From IMG/VR virus record IMGVR_UViG_3300046791_000074, positions 1-53,327 of that record: a stretch of DNA of 53,327 nucleotides; one strand, 5' to 3'. Both the position numbers and the translations under genes were made by a program. The notes under the pieces were generated by a model. It ran no database searches and was not told the DNA's origin. It saw only the letters and a program-made list of their open reading frames with translations. The stretch is from a virus. Taxonomy: Duplodnaviria; Caudoviricetes. Positions 27,236 to 36,739 of the stretch are shown here, piece by piece. Each line of letters starts with the position of its first letter. The stretch's first letter is position 1.

Positions 27236-28537
27236 ATGGTAGACGTCAGTAGGGAAGAGTTCGACGCTCTCGTCAAACGCGTCACAGCTCTGGAGGGTAC
27301 TCCTCCCAAGCCCATCGGACTCCAGGTCAAGGCACTCGCGACCGGAACCAGTGAGGTTCGGATTGACTGGACTCCGACCATCGGCAAGCCCGTACTCAAG
27401 TACGAAGTCGGTCGAGACGGTACCGACAACACTGGCTACGGACCCTGGACGGGGACGTTCGTCGCTTCGACCAAGTCGACAGTCTTCAACAAGCTGGGTC
27501 AGAGCATCTACGGCTTCACCGTCAAGACGTACTACACCGACGGGACGAGTGAGTCGGTACTCGTACACGCTGCGCCACTGGTGCCAGCACCAACCGTCCC
27601 GGTAGAGACCACAGGGAGGGGCGCGCTGAGTGGGTTGCCGTTCAACATGACCATCTTCAACGGTGGGGACAGCAACGCTCAGCGAATGCGTGACCTCGGT
27701 GTCGTGCTGGGCATGCCGAGCTTCGATGGCATCCTGACCTTCATGACTCGGGACAACGGGTGGGACGCGGCCAAGGACAACGACCTGGCGAAGAAGGCCA
27801 AGGCAGTCCTCGACGCGGGTGGCATGGTGATCTGGTCGCTGCCGCACTCGATGGACGGCGACGCCAACATGAACAGCATCGGGGCGAAGAACGGTTACTC
27901 CCTGAAGCAGCAAGACCTCGCCAGGTGGATGGTCGAGAAGGGTCTCAACCACCCCAAGTTCTACCTCCGCCCCGACTGGGAGGGTAACGGTTCCTGGTAC
28001 CACTGGACCATCCACGGACCGGCTGGCGTTGAGGGTCTCCGTGACTCTCTGGCCTACATGCGCGACAACTTCGAGCTCGGTGGCATGACGGAGCCGAGGT
28101 GGATCTTGTGCTTAAATATCTCTGACGGCGGAACGGAGTGCACCTGGAAGGACCTCGACAAGAACCGGGACGTCTTCGACGTCTACACCATCGACCAGTA
28201 CGACGCGTGGCCTGGCGTGACGTCGTCGGCGGTCTGGGAGCAGAAGATGAAGAGCCCCCAGAGCCTCCGGAACGCTATCGCTCAGGCTAAGGAGGTCGGT
28301 TGTCTGGCAGGCATCGACGAGGGTGGCCCGTGGCACACCGGCGACGGAGCAGGAGACAACCCCTTCTACATGGGTGCAGTGCTCAGCGAGCTCATGGGTA
28401 GCGTCGACTTCATCTCGCACTGGAACATCTACAACGACGCAGGTGCTCCGGCGAACCTCTTCCACGACTTCGGCCACAACCCGAAGGCGTATGAAGCTCT
28501 CAAGATCCGACTGAAGCCCCTCATCAGGAAGGTGTGA
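27236..28537 (+). CDS. Fibronectin-III domain plus GH26-like glycoside hydrolase
   Basis: FN3 pattern (PIGLQV...VRIDW...YEV...YGFTVK); GH26 motifs LRPDWEGNGSWYHW, DVYTIDQYD and GIDEGG. Confidence 0.8.
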   Translation: MVDVSREEFDALVKRVTALEGTPPKPIGLQVKALATGTSEVRIDWTPTIGKPVLKYEVGRDGTDNTGYGPWTGTFVASTKSTVFNKLGQSIYGFTVKTYYTDGTSESVLVHAAPLVPAPTVPVETTGRGALSGLPFNMTIFNGGDSNAQRMRDLGVVLGMPSFDGILTFMTRDNGWDAAKDNDLAKKAKAVLDAGGMVIWSLPHSMDGDANMNSIGAKNGYSLKQQDLARWMVEKGLNHPKFYLRPDWEGNGSWYHWTIHGPAGVEGLRDSLAYMRDNFELGGMTEPRWILCLNISDGGTECTWKDLDKNRDVFDVYTIDQYDAWPGVTSSAVWEQKMKSPQSLRNAIAQAKEVGCLAGIDEGGPWHTGDGAGDNPFYMGAVLSELMGSVDFISHWNIYNDAGAPANLFHDFGHNPKAYEALKIRLKPLIRKV

Positions 28538-28672
28538 CATGGAGAATCCGATCGAAGAGGTCAGGCCTCCGGAAGACTCCTGGTTCCAGCGAGCCCTCGA
28601 ACGTCGTCAGGCGGAGATCGACGGCGAGCTCGTGATCCAGGGAGCAAGGTTCAACAGCTACATCTGAGTGGA

Positions 28673-28768
28673 TGGCCCCTGACCAGACCTAAGAAGTTTG
28701 GACAGGCGATACTTCCGTTAGTCCGTCCAGGGCAGGGAGAAGAGGCGGTTCGATTCCGTCCGGGGCCG
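28673..28768 (+). ncRNA. tRNA-like element (atypical)
   Basis: Acceptor-like stem TGGCCCC/GGGGCCG, T-arm GGCGG-TTCGATT-CCGTC, and hairpin CCAGAC-CTAAGAA-GTTTGG. Confidence 0.55.
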
Positions 28769-28790
28769 CGTCAATCGAGAGGAGGTTACA

Positions 28791-29591
28791 TTGACAGTTG
28801 TAACGAAGCTGTCTCCGGGTAGGACTATCGGAGGCATCAAGACGGAGAAGGTCGGCAACAAGAACCCGGCCTTGAACATCTTGATCTACGGACAGTCAGG
28901 AACTGGAAAGACCACGCTCTGTGGTTCTTCCGACGACGTGCCGGAGATGCGTAACGTCCTCGTGGTCGACCTGGAAGGCGGTACGGAGTCGTTGCGTAAC
29001 AACTACGGCGACGTCGATACCGTCCGAGTCAAGAGCTGGAAGGAGATGCAGGCGGTATACGACGAGCTCCATCGAGGTCAGCATGGCTACAACACCGTAG
29101 TCATCGACTCCTTGACGGAGTGCCAGAAGTTCAACATGTACACCATCATGCAGAACCTGGTGAACAAGAAGACGGACGAGGGCAAGGAAGTCGATCCTGA
29201 CATCCCCTCGGTACGTGAGTGGGGCAAGAACATCGAGCAGATGCGGAAATTTGTTCGAGCGTTCCGTGACCTACCCATGCACACCATCTTCACCTGCCTC
29301 GAGCAGACCAAGGTGGACGAGAAGACCGGAGCGGTGCAGATCAAGCCTATGCTGTCCGGGAAGCTCGCTGACGAGGTGGCAGCCTTCCTCGACGTGGTGC
29401 TCTACTACTACGTCAAGGAGATGCCAGCTCAGGATGGTGAAGAGCCGGAGCTCAAGCGCATCCTGCTCTCACGCAAGACTGCACGACACACGGCCAAGGA
29501 TCGTACGGGCAAGTTGCCCATGCTGATGGTTGACCCCAACATGCAGTCGATCTACGACCTGATGTACAAACCTCAACCAGTGGCTGACTGA
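28791..29591 (+). CDS. AAA_24/Sak4-like ATPase (recombinase)
   Basis: LIYGQSGTGKTT, DLEGG, VVIDSLT and AKDR motifs. Confidence 0.88.
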   Translation: MTVVTKLSPGRTIGGIKTEKVGNKNPALNILIYGQSGTGKTTLCGSSDDVPEMRNVLVVDLEGGTESLRNNYGDVDTVRVKSWKEMQAVYDELHRGQHGYNTVVIDSLTECQKFNMYTIMQNLVNKKTDEGKEVDPDIPSVREWGKNIEQMRKFVRAFRDLPMHTIFTCLEQTKVDEKTGAVQIKPMLSGKLADEVAAFLDVVLYYYVKEMPAQDGEEPELKRILLSRKTARHTAKDRTGKLPMLMVDPNMQSIYDLMYKPQPVAD

Positions 29592-29605
29592 AAAGGATAC
29601 AGGAC

Positions 29606-30199
29606 ATGGCTCGGAACGACGACAGCTTCTCCATCACCGACGAGGACCTGCTCCCCGACGGTGGCTCGCTCGACCCGGACGTGGACGGTGAGGAAGGCTT
29701 CAACATTGCCAACCTCCACGTCAACTTCTCCCAGCAGGAGGCCGACTCTGAGGCGAAGGACTTCTCGCCGGTGCCGACGGCGAAGTACCACGTGGCCATC
29801 ACGGAGGTCAAGCCCCAGCAGTGCGGACCGAACTCCAAGAACACCGGCAAGTGGTTCTACAACGTCCAAGTCACCATCCAGGACGGCCCGCACGAGAACC
29901 GGAAGTGCTTCGGCAACGTGATGCTCTTCGACGGGGCACTGTACAGCCTGGCCCAGATCAACAAGGCCCAGGGCTGGCCGATGAAGGTTCCGGCACCCGA
30001 GGATCTGCTGGGCACGCACTACATGTGCCAGATCAACAAGCAGCTCGACACGTACAAGATCAACAAGTCCAAGGAGGATGGTTCGTTCGACCCCGCCGAG
30101 CCGAAGCCCTACAAGAACGAGATCAAGAACTGGGGCAAGTACGACGGTAGCGTGTCCGTCCACGGGGCATCGTCCGGTGGCGACACCCTGATGCCGTAG
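29606..30199 (+). CDS. DUF669-like single-stranded DNA-binding protein
   Basis: FSPVPTAKYHVAITEV...IQDGPHENRK...YKNEIK; follows the Sak4-like gene. Confidence 0.8.
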   Translation: MARNDDSFSITDEDLLPDGGSLDPDVDGEEGFNIANLHVNFSQQEADSEAKDFSPVPTAKYHVAITEVKPQQCGPNSKNTGKWFYNVQVTIQDGPHENRKCFGNVMLFDGALYSLAQINKAQGWPMKVPAPEDLLGTHYMCQINKQLDTYKINKSKEDGSFDPAEPKPYKNEIKNWGKYDGSVSVHGASSGGDTLMP

Positions 30200-30311
30200 T
30201 AGCACAGCACCACAGGGAGGCTGGGTGACTTGAGGCACCACCTAGATGGGCCGGAGCTTACATCGTGACGCCACGTAAGCTCGTGGGCCCCTAACCGTAA
30301 GGGCGGGATGA

Positions 30312-32549
30312 ATGGACTTGCTGTCGAGAGCTTCTGACGAAGCTCGTGAGGCATTCCTTCACGCTGCGTTCGGTACGAGTAGAGGTTACGTTGCGCTAGC
30401 GTTCCTCACACCAGACAAGTCGAACTTCTTCGAAGAGTACTTTATGTACCCAGGAGAGGTACCCGAACTCCTCATGGCTGTGAAGCAACGGTTCGCTTCG
30501 CACAACGTATACATCTGTCCGCAACTGTTCGCCAGTAAGCGAAGGAAAAAGGAAGAGGTCGTATCCACTCCTACAGCCTGGGCGGACTTGGACACTTGTC
30601 ATCCAGACAAGATGCTCCGCAAGCCCTCCCTGATCATCGAATCGTCCGCCAATAGATGGCAGGCCCTGTGGACTCTGGATAGCGTAGAAGCCGACGATGC
30701 AGAACGTATCTCCAAGCGCATCGCCTACTACCACGCCCCAGATGGTGCTGACCGCTCCGGTTGGGACCTAACGCAGTTGCTCCGCATGCCGCTGACGTAC
30801 AACTTCAAGTACAATGCGGTGCAGGGCGAACAGCAGATCGTCTACCTCCGAGAGTTCCACCGCAGCTCGTACCGCCTGAAAGACTTCGAGTGCTACCCAG
30901 CTCAGGCTGAGTCAGACGTAGACATCATCCCGATGCCTGAAGCAGCTGACCTTCCCGAGACAGCTGAAGAGCTCTTGCAGGCGAAGAGTCGAATGATGAA
31001 CCCCCGGATCTGGCAGCTATACAATACAGAGCCAGATGATGACTGGAGCAAGCCGCTCTGGGAACTTCACATGATGCTCTTCGAGGCAGGCTTCAACCGC
31101 GAAGAGTCGTACGTCATCGCACGTGAAGCGAAGTGTAACAAGTACGTACGGGATCAACGTTCACTCAGATTGCTGTGGAAGGAAGTACTCAGAGCTCATG
31201 CACGGGGTGAAGCTACTGCCGGACTCTTGGAAGTACCTCAAGGGCCTGAGCGCACTACCCTCCTCACTGAAGAGGAGCAAGACCAGGTACGACGTCAGCC
31301 AGAGTCTTTCGTCGAACGCTACATCACTTGGGCCCGGGGCCTGGGAGATGCTGCACACCAGTACCATCAAGCAGGTGCATTTATCATCCTGTCAACGTTG
31401 CTCTCAGGCAACGTTCGACTTCCTACCAGCTTCGGAACGTTCATCCCTAACCTCTGGTTCATGATCCTTGCAGACACAACGCTGACACGTAAGACGACGG
31501 CGATGGACATCGCCATGGATCTGATCGCCGACTTGGACAGCGATGCCATCCTAGCTACGGATGGTAGCATCGAGGGGCTCATGACCTCGTTGTCACTTCG
31601 GCCAGGACGTCCGAGCATCTTCCTTCGTGACGAGTTCTCCGGCCTGCTGGACTCCATGACCAAGAAGGACTACTACGCAGGCATGGCGGAGGTGTTCACA
31701 AAATTATACGACGGGAAGATGCAGAAGAGAGTCCTCCGCAAAGAGATCTTGGAGGTGCGCGATCCGCGGTTGATCTTGTTCGCTGGTGGCATCAAGAACA
31801 AGGTCACGGGTCTATTGACCTTCGAACAGGTCTCTTCGGGCTTTATGCCTCGCTTCATCTTCATCACAGCCGAGTCGGATGTGACGAAGCTCAAGCCGCT
31901 AGGGCCGCCAACAGATGGAACGCTCAACAACAGGCAGCTGATCCTGGACGAGATGGAGGACTTGCAAGCGCACTACCAGGTGATGACTACGACGACTCTG
32001 AAGAACGTCCCGGGGAGCAAGATCGAGATTCCTCAGATGTGGGACGCTCAGATGACCGACGCAGCATGGCTGAGGTACAACGAGTTGGAAGTCCGCATGT
32101 TGGAAGCTGGGACTGCGAGTGAGTTCCGAGCCGACGTCCTCACACCTACCTACGACCGACTCAGCAAGTCGATCCTTAAGGCAGCTGTTCTCTTGGCTGC
32201 CTCCCGTAGCAGAGCAGAGCAGATTGTTGTCGAACTCGATGATGTGCTTCGGGCTATCCATTACGGAGAGCAGTGGAAGATCCACGCCGATGATGTCATG
32301 GCTAACATCGGCAAGACTACCTACGAGCGACAGATCGTCAACATCCACAGAATGATCTGGCGTAAGCCGGGATGTAGTCGTTCGACAGTCATGCAGCATT
32401 ACCACCTCAATGCCAAAGTCACCACAGAGGTGTTTCAGACTATGGAGCAGCGCGGCCTCATGGTCATTAGACGGACAGGTAAGACAGAGCAGCTCTACCC
32501 CACACAGGTAGCCCCACCAGAGGAGTACAATGGAAACCAGCCAGCCTAG
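30312..32549 (+). CDS. RepB-type (AEP) primase fused to a DUF3987-like helicase
   Basis: WADLD, IESSANRWQALW and LLRMP...NFKY in the N-domain; TRKTT, RDEF and SGFMPRF in the C-domain. Confidence 0.85.
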   Translation: MDLLSRASDEAREAFLHAAFGTSRGYVALAFLTPDKSNFFEEYFMYPGEVPELLMAVKQRFASHNVYICPQLFASKRRKKEEVVSTPTAWADLDTCHPDKMLRKPSLIIESSANRWQALWTLDSVEADDAERISKRIAYYHAPDGADRSGWDLTQLLRMPLTYNFKYNAVQGEQQIVYLREFHRSSYRLKDFECYPAQAESDVDIIPMPEAADLPETAEELLQAKSRMMNPRIWQLYNTEPDDDWSKPLWELHMMLFEAGFNREESYVIAREAKCNKYVRDQRSLRLLWKEVLRAHARGEATAGLLEVPQGPERTTLLTEEEQDQVRRQPESFVERYITWARGLGDAAHQYHQAGAFIILSTLLSGNVRLPTSFGTFIPNLWFMILADTTLTRKTTAMDIAMDLIADLDSDAILATDGSIEGLMTSLSLRPGRPSIFLRDEFSGLLDSMTKKDYYAGMAEVFTKLYDGKMQKRVLRKEILEVRDPRLILFAGGIKNKVTGLLTFEQVSSGFMPRFIFITAESDVTKLKPLGPPTDGTLNNRQLILDEMEDLQAHYQVMTTTTLKNVPGSKIEIPQMWDAQMTDAAWLRYNELEVRMLEAGTASEFRADVLTPTYDRLSKSILKAAVLLAASRSRAEQIVVELDDVLRAIHYGEQWKIHADDVMANIGKTTYERQIVNIHRMIWRKPGCSRSTVMQHYHLNAKVTTEVFQTMEQRGLMVIRRTGKTEQLYPTQVAPPEEYNGNQPA

Positions 32550-33336
32550 TGCAGTCGTCGTCTTCAGTGGCGGACTGGACAGTACGACCTGTGTGTACGA
32601 CGCGATCGACCAGGGCTACAAGGTCGACCTCGTCAGCTTCAACTACGGGCAGCGACACAAGAAGGAACTGGACTTTGCCAAAGCTACTGCAGTTCATCTC
32701 AATCTACGTCACGACGTGGTTGATCTGTCTGGCCTTACTCCTCTGCTGGCTGAGAGCGGTTCGTCGCTCGTCTCAGTCGAGGAGGTCCCGGAGGGGCATT
32801 ACGCTGAGGAGACGATGAAGGCTACGATCGTCCCGAACCGCAACATGATGATGCTGTCCATCGCGACGGCCATCGCCGTGAGTCGGAAGATCGAGTACGT
32901 CATCACCGGAGTACACTCGGGCGACCATGCCATCTACCCCGACTGCCGGCCGCAATTCATTGGTGCTGTCGACCAAGCAGCTCTCCTAGCCACCAATGGA
33001 TCGAACTTCTACGGCATCTTCGCTCCGTACGCTTCTCGGAGCAAGGCCGACATCGCACGACGTGCCATCATCCTCCGCGTCCCGTTGGAGAAGACCTGGA
33101 GCTGCTACAAGGGTGACGAGACCCACTGTGGTCGTTGCGGCACCTGCGTCGAGCGCCTCGAGGCCATCCACGAGGCTGTCCAGCAGCTCCGCAACGAGGG
33201 TAGTGGCTTCGTCATCGACGGTACGTACCAGGGCGAGACCCGCTACAAGCTGTACGAAGACCTCGACCCGACCGAGTACCAGGACTCCGAGTTCTGGATG
33301 AAGGCCATCGACGACGCTGCGAAGGAGGACAAGTGA
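32530..33336 (+). CDS. queC: 7-cyano-7-deazaguanine synthase
   Basis: SGGLDS, YGQRH, VPNRN, YPDCRP and SCY...CGRCGTC. Confidence 0.95.
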   Translation: METSQPSAVVVFSGGLDSTTCVYDAIDQGYKVDLVSFNYGQRHKKELDFAKATAVHLNLRHDVVDLSGLTPLLAESGSSLVSVEEVPEGHYAEETMKATIVPNRNMMMLSIATAIAVSRKIEYVITGVHSGDHAIYPDCRPQFIGAVDQAALLATNGSNFYGIFAPYASRSKADIARRAIILRVPLEKTWSCYKGDETHCGRCGTCVERLEAIHEAVQQLRNEGSGFVIDGTYQGETRYKLYEDLDPTEYQDSEFWMKAIDDAAKEDK

Positions 33337-33839
33337 CCGTCGACATCTATACCGTTTCCAAGGAGGTCGAGTTCGATGCCGGGCACCGAGTTCCGAATCA
33401 CAAGTCGAAGTGTCGTAATCCTCACGGCCATCGCTACCGCTTGCGAGTTACTATTACTGGCGAGCTGGTTACGGAGCCTGGTCGATCCGACGAGGGGATG
33501 CTTGCCGACTTCGGAGACCTGAAGACGATCATGACGACGCACGTCCACGACGTGCTGGACCACGGCTTCATCTACTACAAGGACGACCCTTGGGCAGTCA
33601 AAACCTTCCAGACCAAGATTGGTGCCTTCTGGGAAGGTGCTACGGAAGAGGAAGCTAAGGCTTCCTTGGAAGACTTCACCTTCAAGGCCATCAACGTCCC
33701 GTTCATCCCGACGGCAGAGAACCTAGCGCGTTGGTGCTGGGACCAGATGGTCGAGCCCGTGGAGCAGATGGGCTTCGGCCTCGTCCTCGTCGAACTCTGG
33801 GAGACTCCCACTTCACTGGCAACGTTCGCGAGGTACTGA
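33333..33839 (+). CDS. queD: 6-carboxytetrahydropterin synthase
   Basis: FDAGH, CRNPHGHRY, DFGDLK, LDH, PTAENLA and WET. Confidence 0.95.
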   Translation: MTVDIYTVSKEVEFDAGHRVPNHKSKCRNPHGHRYRLRVTITGELVTEPGRSDEGMLADFGDLKTIMTTHVHDVLDHGFIYYKDDPWAVKTFQTKIGAFWEGATEEEAKASLEDFTFKAINVPFIPTAENLARWCWDQMVEPVEQMGFGLVLVELWETPTSLATFARY

Positions 33840-33988
33840 TGCAGACCATTTCCGGTAAGAAGGCAGAAGCTACCTCAGGGTGGCATCCCGTCGATCGAGC
33901 GAACTGCACCGAGAAGTTCCTCGGTAAGTTGGACAAGCGTCGCACCAAGAACAAGGCCGCGAAGAAGTCCAGGAAGAAGAATCGATGA
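33839..33988 (+). CDS. Small basic protein
   Basis: 49 aa coupled at both ends; Lys/Arg-rich tail. Confidence 0.5.
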   Translation: MQTISGKKAEATSGWHPVDRANCTEKFLGKLDKRRTKNKAAKKSRKKNR

Positions 33989-34704
33989 CAAAGATCCGTT
34001 CGTCTGAGGTCTACCTCAGCATTCAAGGTGAAGGTCCGAGGGTTGGCACTCCTACTGTTTTTGTCCGTAGTGCCGGGTGTAATCTGCGTTGCCCTGGTTG
34101 GGCTTGCGATACTCCTCATGCTATTGATCCGGCTCTGTATCGTCTGGATAGCAAGCTTCTTACCCCCACCGAGATCGCCCAACAGGTGGAGGTGGTTGCG
34201 CCGCATGGTGCGAACATCTGTTTCACAGGGGGTGAACCCTTCCTACAGAATCATGAAGCATTCCACGAGTTGGCTGATGGACTCGCCAAGCGAGGATACA
34301 TCATCCAGGAAGTCTTCACCAACGGAACCATAAGGTTCCCTGACTGGGTGTACGACTACATGTACGTCATCATGGACTGGAAGCTCTCCGGTGCTGGTGA
34401 GGAAGTTAACATCTTCGGCACCGAAGGTGTTCAGTCGATTCGCCTCCGCAATGTCGAACGGATGTCCGAGGGTGACGTGGTCAAGTTCACCATCGCATCC
34501 AAGTCAGACTACGAAGAAGCCAAGCAATGGTACACCGAGCTTGCCAAGCTCAACGCCGGTATCGACTTCATCTACGGAGTCGTCTGGGGGAAGCTCGAGG
34601 CGAAGGACCTGATCGGATGGGTCCTTCGTGATAGTCTGGTCGAGTGGACGTACAGTCATCAATTGCACAACGTCATTTGGGATAGGGAGAAGCGTGCCAT
34701 CTGA
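33985..34704 (+). CDS. queE: 7-carboxy-7-deazaguanine synthase (radical SAM)
   Basis: SIQGEG, CNLRCPGWACDT, TGGEP, TNGT and QLH. Confidence 0.95.
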   Translation: MTKIRSSEVYLSIQGEGPRVGTPTVFVRSAGCNLRCPGWACDTPHAIDPALYRLDSKLLTPTEIAQQVEVVAPHGANICFTGGEPFLQNHEAFHELADGLAKRGYIIQEVFTNGTIRFPDWVYDYMYVIMDWKLSGAGEEVNIFGTEGVQSIRLRNVERMSEGDVVKFTIASKSDYEEAKQWYTELAKLNAGIDFIYGVVWGKLEAKDLIGWVLRDSLVEWTYSHQLHNVIWDREKRAI

Positions 34705-35338
34705 ATCGGAATTCCTGGGTAATGCTAAGCCCTTCATCGAGAATGGTCTGCTCTTTACCAGGAAGCGCAAGACGGACTTCGAGCCCGTCGCCTTCCGTAC
34801 ACACGAGGACGTCGCACGAGAGTTCCTGTCCTTGTTGGACGGCTGGGCAGAGGTCGACGAAGACCACAGGAAGGAGACGCCCGGCCGTATGCTGAAGATG
34901 TTCCAGCAGATGACAACCAGGGAGGAGTTCAACTTCACGACCTTCCCGGCGAAGAATCAGGACATGATCACCCTGGGACCGATTCCGTTCTACACCATGT
35001 GCGCACATCACACAGCTCCGTTCTTCGGCAATGCCTACATCGGTTACGTTCCTGGTGCCTCGATCGCAGGCCTGTCCAAGTTCGTTCGTGCAGTCCAGTA
35101 CTGTGCGAAGGGGTTCCACGTGCAGGAGGATCTGACGCATGACATCTCCAAGTACCTCGAAGATCGGTTGGCTCCGAAAGGTGTGGCTGTGGTGCTCCGG
35201 GCCGAACACCTCTGCATGGCAATGCGAGGAGTGCAACAGCCGGGAGTCGTCACAACCACGTCAGCCATGACTGGCGTGTTCGGAGATCACAGTCGAACTG
35301 CCAAGGCGGAGTTCATGAACATCATCGGAGGTAACTGA
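34694..35338 (+). CDS. folE: GTP cyclohydrolase I
   Basis: ETPGR, CAHH..PFFG, GLSK, VQE and HLCMAMRGV. Confidence 0.95.
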   Translation: MPSESEFLGNAKPFIENGLLFTRKRKTDFEPVAFRTHEDVAREFLSLLDGWAEVDEDHRKETPGRMLKMFQQMTTREEFNFTTFPAKNQDMITLGPIPFYTMCAHHTAPFFGNAYIGYVPGASIAGLSKFVRAVQYCAKGFHVQEDLTHDISKYLEDRLAPKGVAVVLRAEHLCMAMRGVQQPGVVTTTSAMTGVFGDHSRTAKAEFMNIIGGN

Positions 35339-35652
35339 TGTCGCGTATGGCAATCATGGCCGCAGAGGCCGACGGGGACAGTAGGCGCTGGTTCCCTGAG
35401 ACGGCGACCGATCTCTTCTTCATCACCGCTTGCATGTCGGGTGAAGCTGGTGAAGCGGTCAACAAGTTGAAGAAGGCTAAGCGCGCCGGACGCAACATGA
35501 CTCCGGTCGAGAAGCACGAGTTCGTCATGGAGCTGGTCGACACTCTGACGTACCTGCTCGATGCGTTCGCTCTTGTCGGAGCGGACCCGGAGAAGGCCTA
35601 TTACCAGAAGCGCCTGGAGAACGAGCAGCGCTTCGGAAAGAAGGGTGCATGA
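35338..35652 (+). CDS. MazG-like NTP pyrophosphohydrolase
   Basis: GEAGEAVNKLKK...ELVDTLTY. Confidence 0.85.
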   Translation: MSRMAIMAAEADGDSRRWFPETATDLFFITACMSGEAGEAVNKLKKAKRAGRNMTPVEKHEFVMELVDTLTYLLDAFALVGADPEKAYYQKRLENEQRFGKKGA

Positions 35653-35954
35653 ACGAGACTGTAGATCCGGCAGAGCTTATCAATGAGCTGTCAGTCGAGT
35701 TCGACGTGCAGACGTTGGAACGGCACCAGGTCGGTCAGGAAAAGTACGGAGCGTTCAGCTTCCTGGGCAAGGACATGTTCCAGGAAGCTATGAACGAGAT
35801 CCTCGACATGGCTAACTACGCCCGCTACCAGTACATCAAGCTGCGCATGCTACAGATGTTCATCGCAGCCGATCCTCGCGTTGCCGGCCTTGCCGACGAC
35901 GAGGGCAACATCACCATCGGTGCGGAGAGCTTCAAGGCTGGAGGCCTCGGATGA
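35649..35954 (+). CDS. Second all-alpha NTP-pyrophosphatase-like protein
   Basis: R..VGQEKYG...EAMNEILDMANY pattern. Confidence 0.55.
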   Translation: MNETVDPAELINELSVEFDVQTLERHQVGQEKYGAFSFLGKDMFQEAMNEILDMANYARYQYIKLRMLQMFIAADPRVAGLADDEGNITIGAESFKAGGLG

Positions 35955-36739
35955 CGAAGATGATCTTCATTCCGCCATTCGCAATGTTGGACTCGACGCT
36001 GAACTCGTATCGGCATCTGATGCTCCCGCATCTGCTGACACACCAGGTGTACTCCAACCACTTCAAGAGGGTGAAGGGGCTGGGTCAGTACATCATCCTG
36101 GACAACGGTGCAGCCGAGGGTGTCAAGGTTACGGGTCGGCAGCTCGTCGACACCTGCTACGACTACAAGGTCGACGAGCTTGTCCTACCCGACGTAATGG
36201 GTAGCAGCGATGCTACCTACGACGTAGCTACCGACTTCCTGACGGACTACCGCAACAGACTCCCGGTATCGACGCGACTGGGCTACGTGCTCCAGGGCCG
36301 TACCGTGACGGAAGCGGTAGACACATACCACAGGGTGCGCGGCAATACTCGGTTGCTGGCGAAGATCAACGTCTGGTATCTGCCGAGGTTGTTGGTGACT
36401 CCGGAGAATCCAGACGCACGGATCGATGTCGCGGAGTACATCCTGGACCTAGAAGGTAAGCTACCCAAGCCGATCCACTTCCTTGGTGCAGCTCCGACCT
36501 TCATCAGTGAGATCGCCACCGTGCGAGATCGTCATCTGCGAATCCGGAGCATGGACACATCTGCTCCGTTCGTGTACGCATTCGCTGGAAGGTTCATCGC
36601 GGAGGAAGGTGTGCAGCGTCGAGACCAGGAGAAGTACTTCACTTCCCTGGTCGACAACACGACGCGAGCTTTGGCCATGCGCAACTGCTCGGTGATGGAA
36701 GGCTGGGCTGGTGCGCAAACACCCACTAGCGAAGTGTGA
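35951..36739 (+). CDS. TGT-fold (DpdA-like) base transglycosylase
   Basis: ILDNG, LPDV, VLQG, IHFLG and SMDTS motifs in TGT order, inside the que cluster. Confidence 0.75.
   Translation: MTKMIFIPPFAMLDSTLNSYRHLMLPHLLTHQVYSNHFKRVKGLGQYIILDNGAAEGVKVTGRQLVDTCYDYKVDELVLPDVMGSSDATYDVATDFLTDYRNRLPVSTRLGYVLQGRTVTEAVDTYHRVRGNTRLLAKINVWYLPRLLVTPENPDARIDVAEYILDLEGKLPKPIHFLGAAPTFISEIATVRDRHLRIRSMDTSAPFVYAFAGRFIAEEGVQRRDQEKYFTSLVDNTTRALAMRNCSVMEGWAGAQTPTSEV

Noticed and set aside
30225-30300. Possible tRNA
   Set aside because: Only hairpins; no T-loop or cloverleaf.
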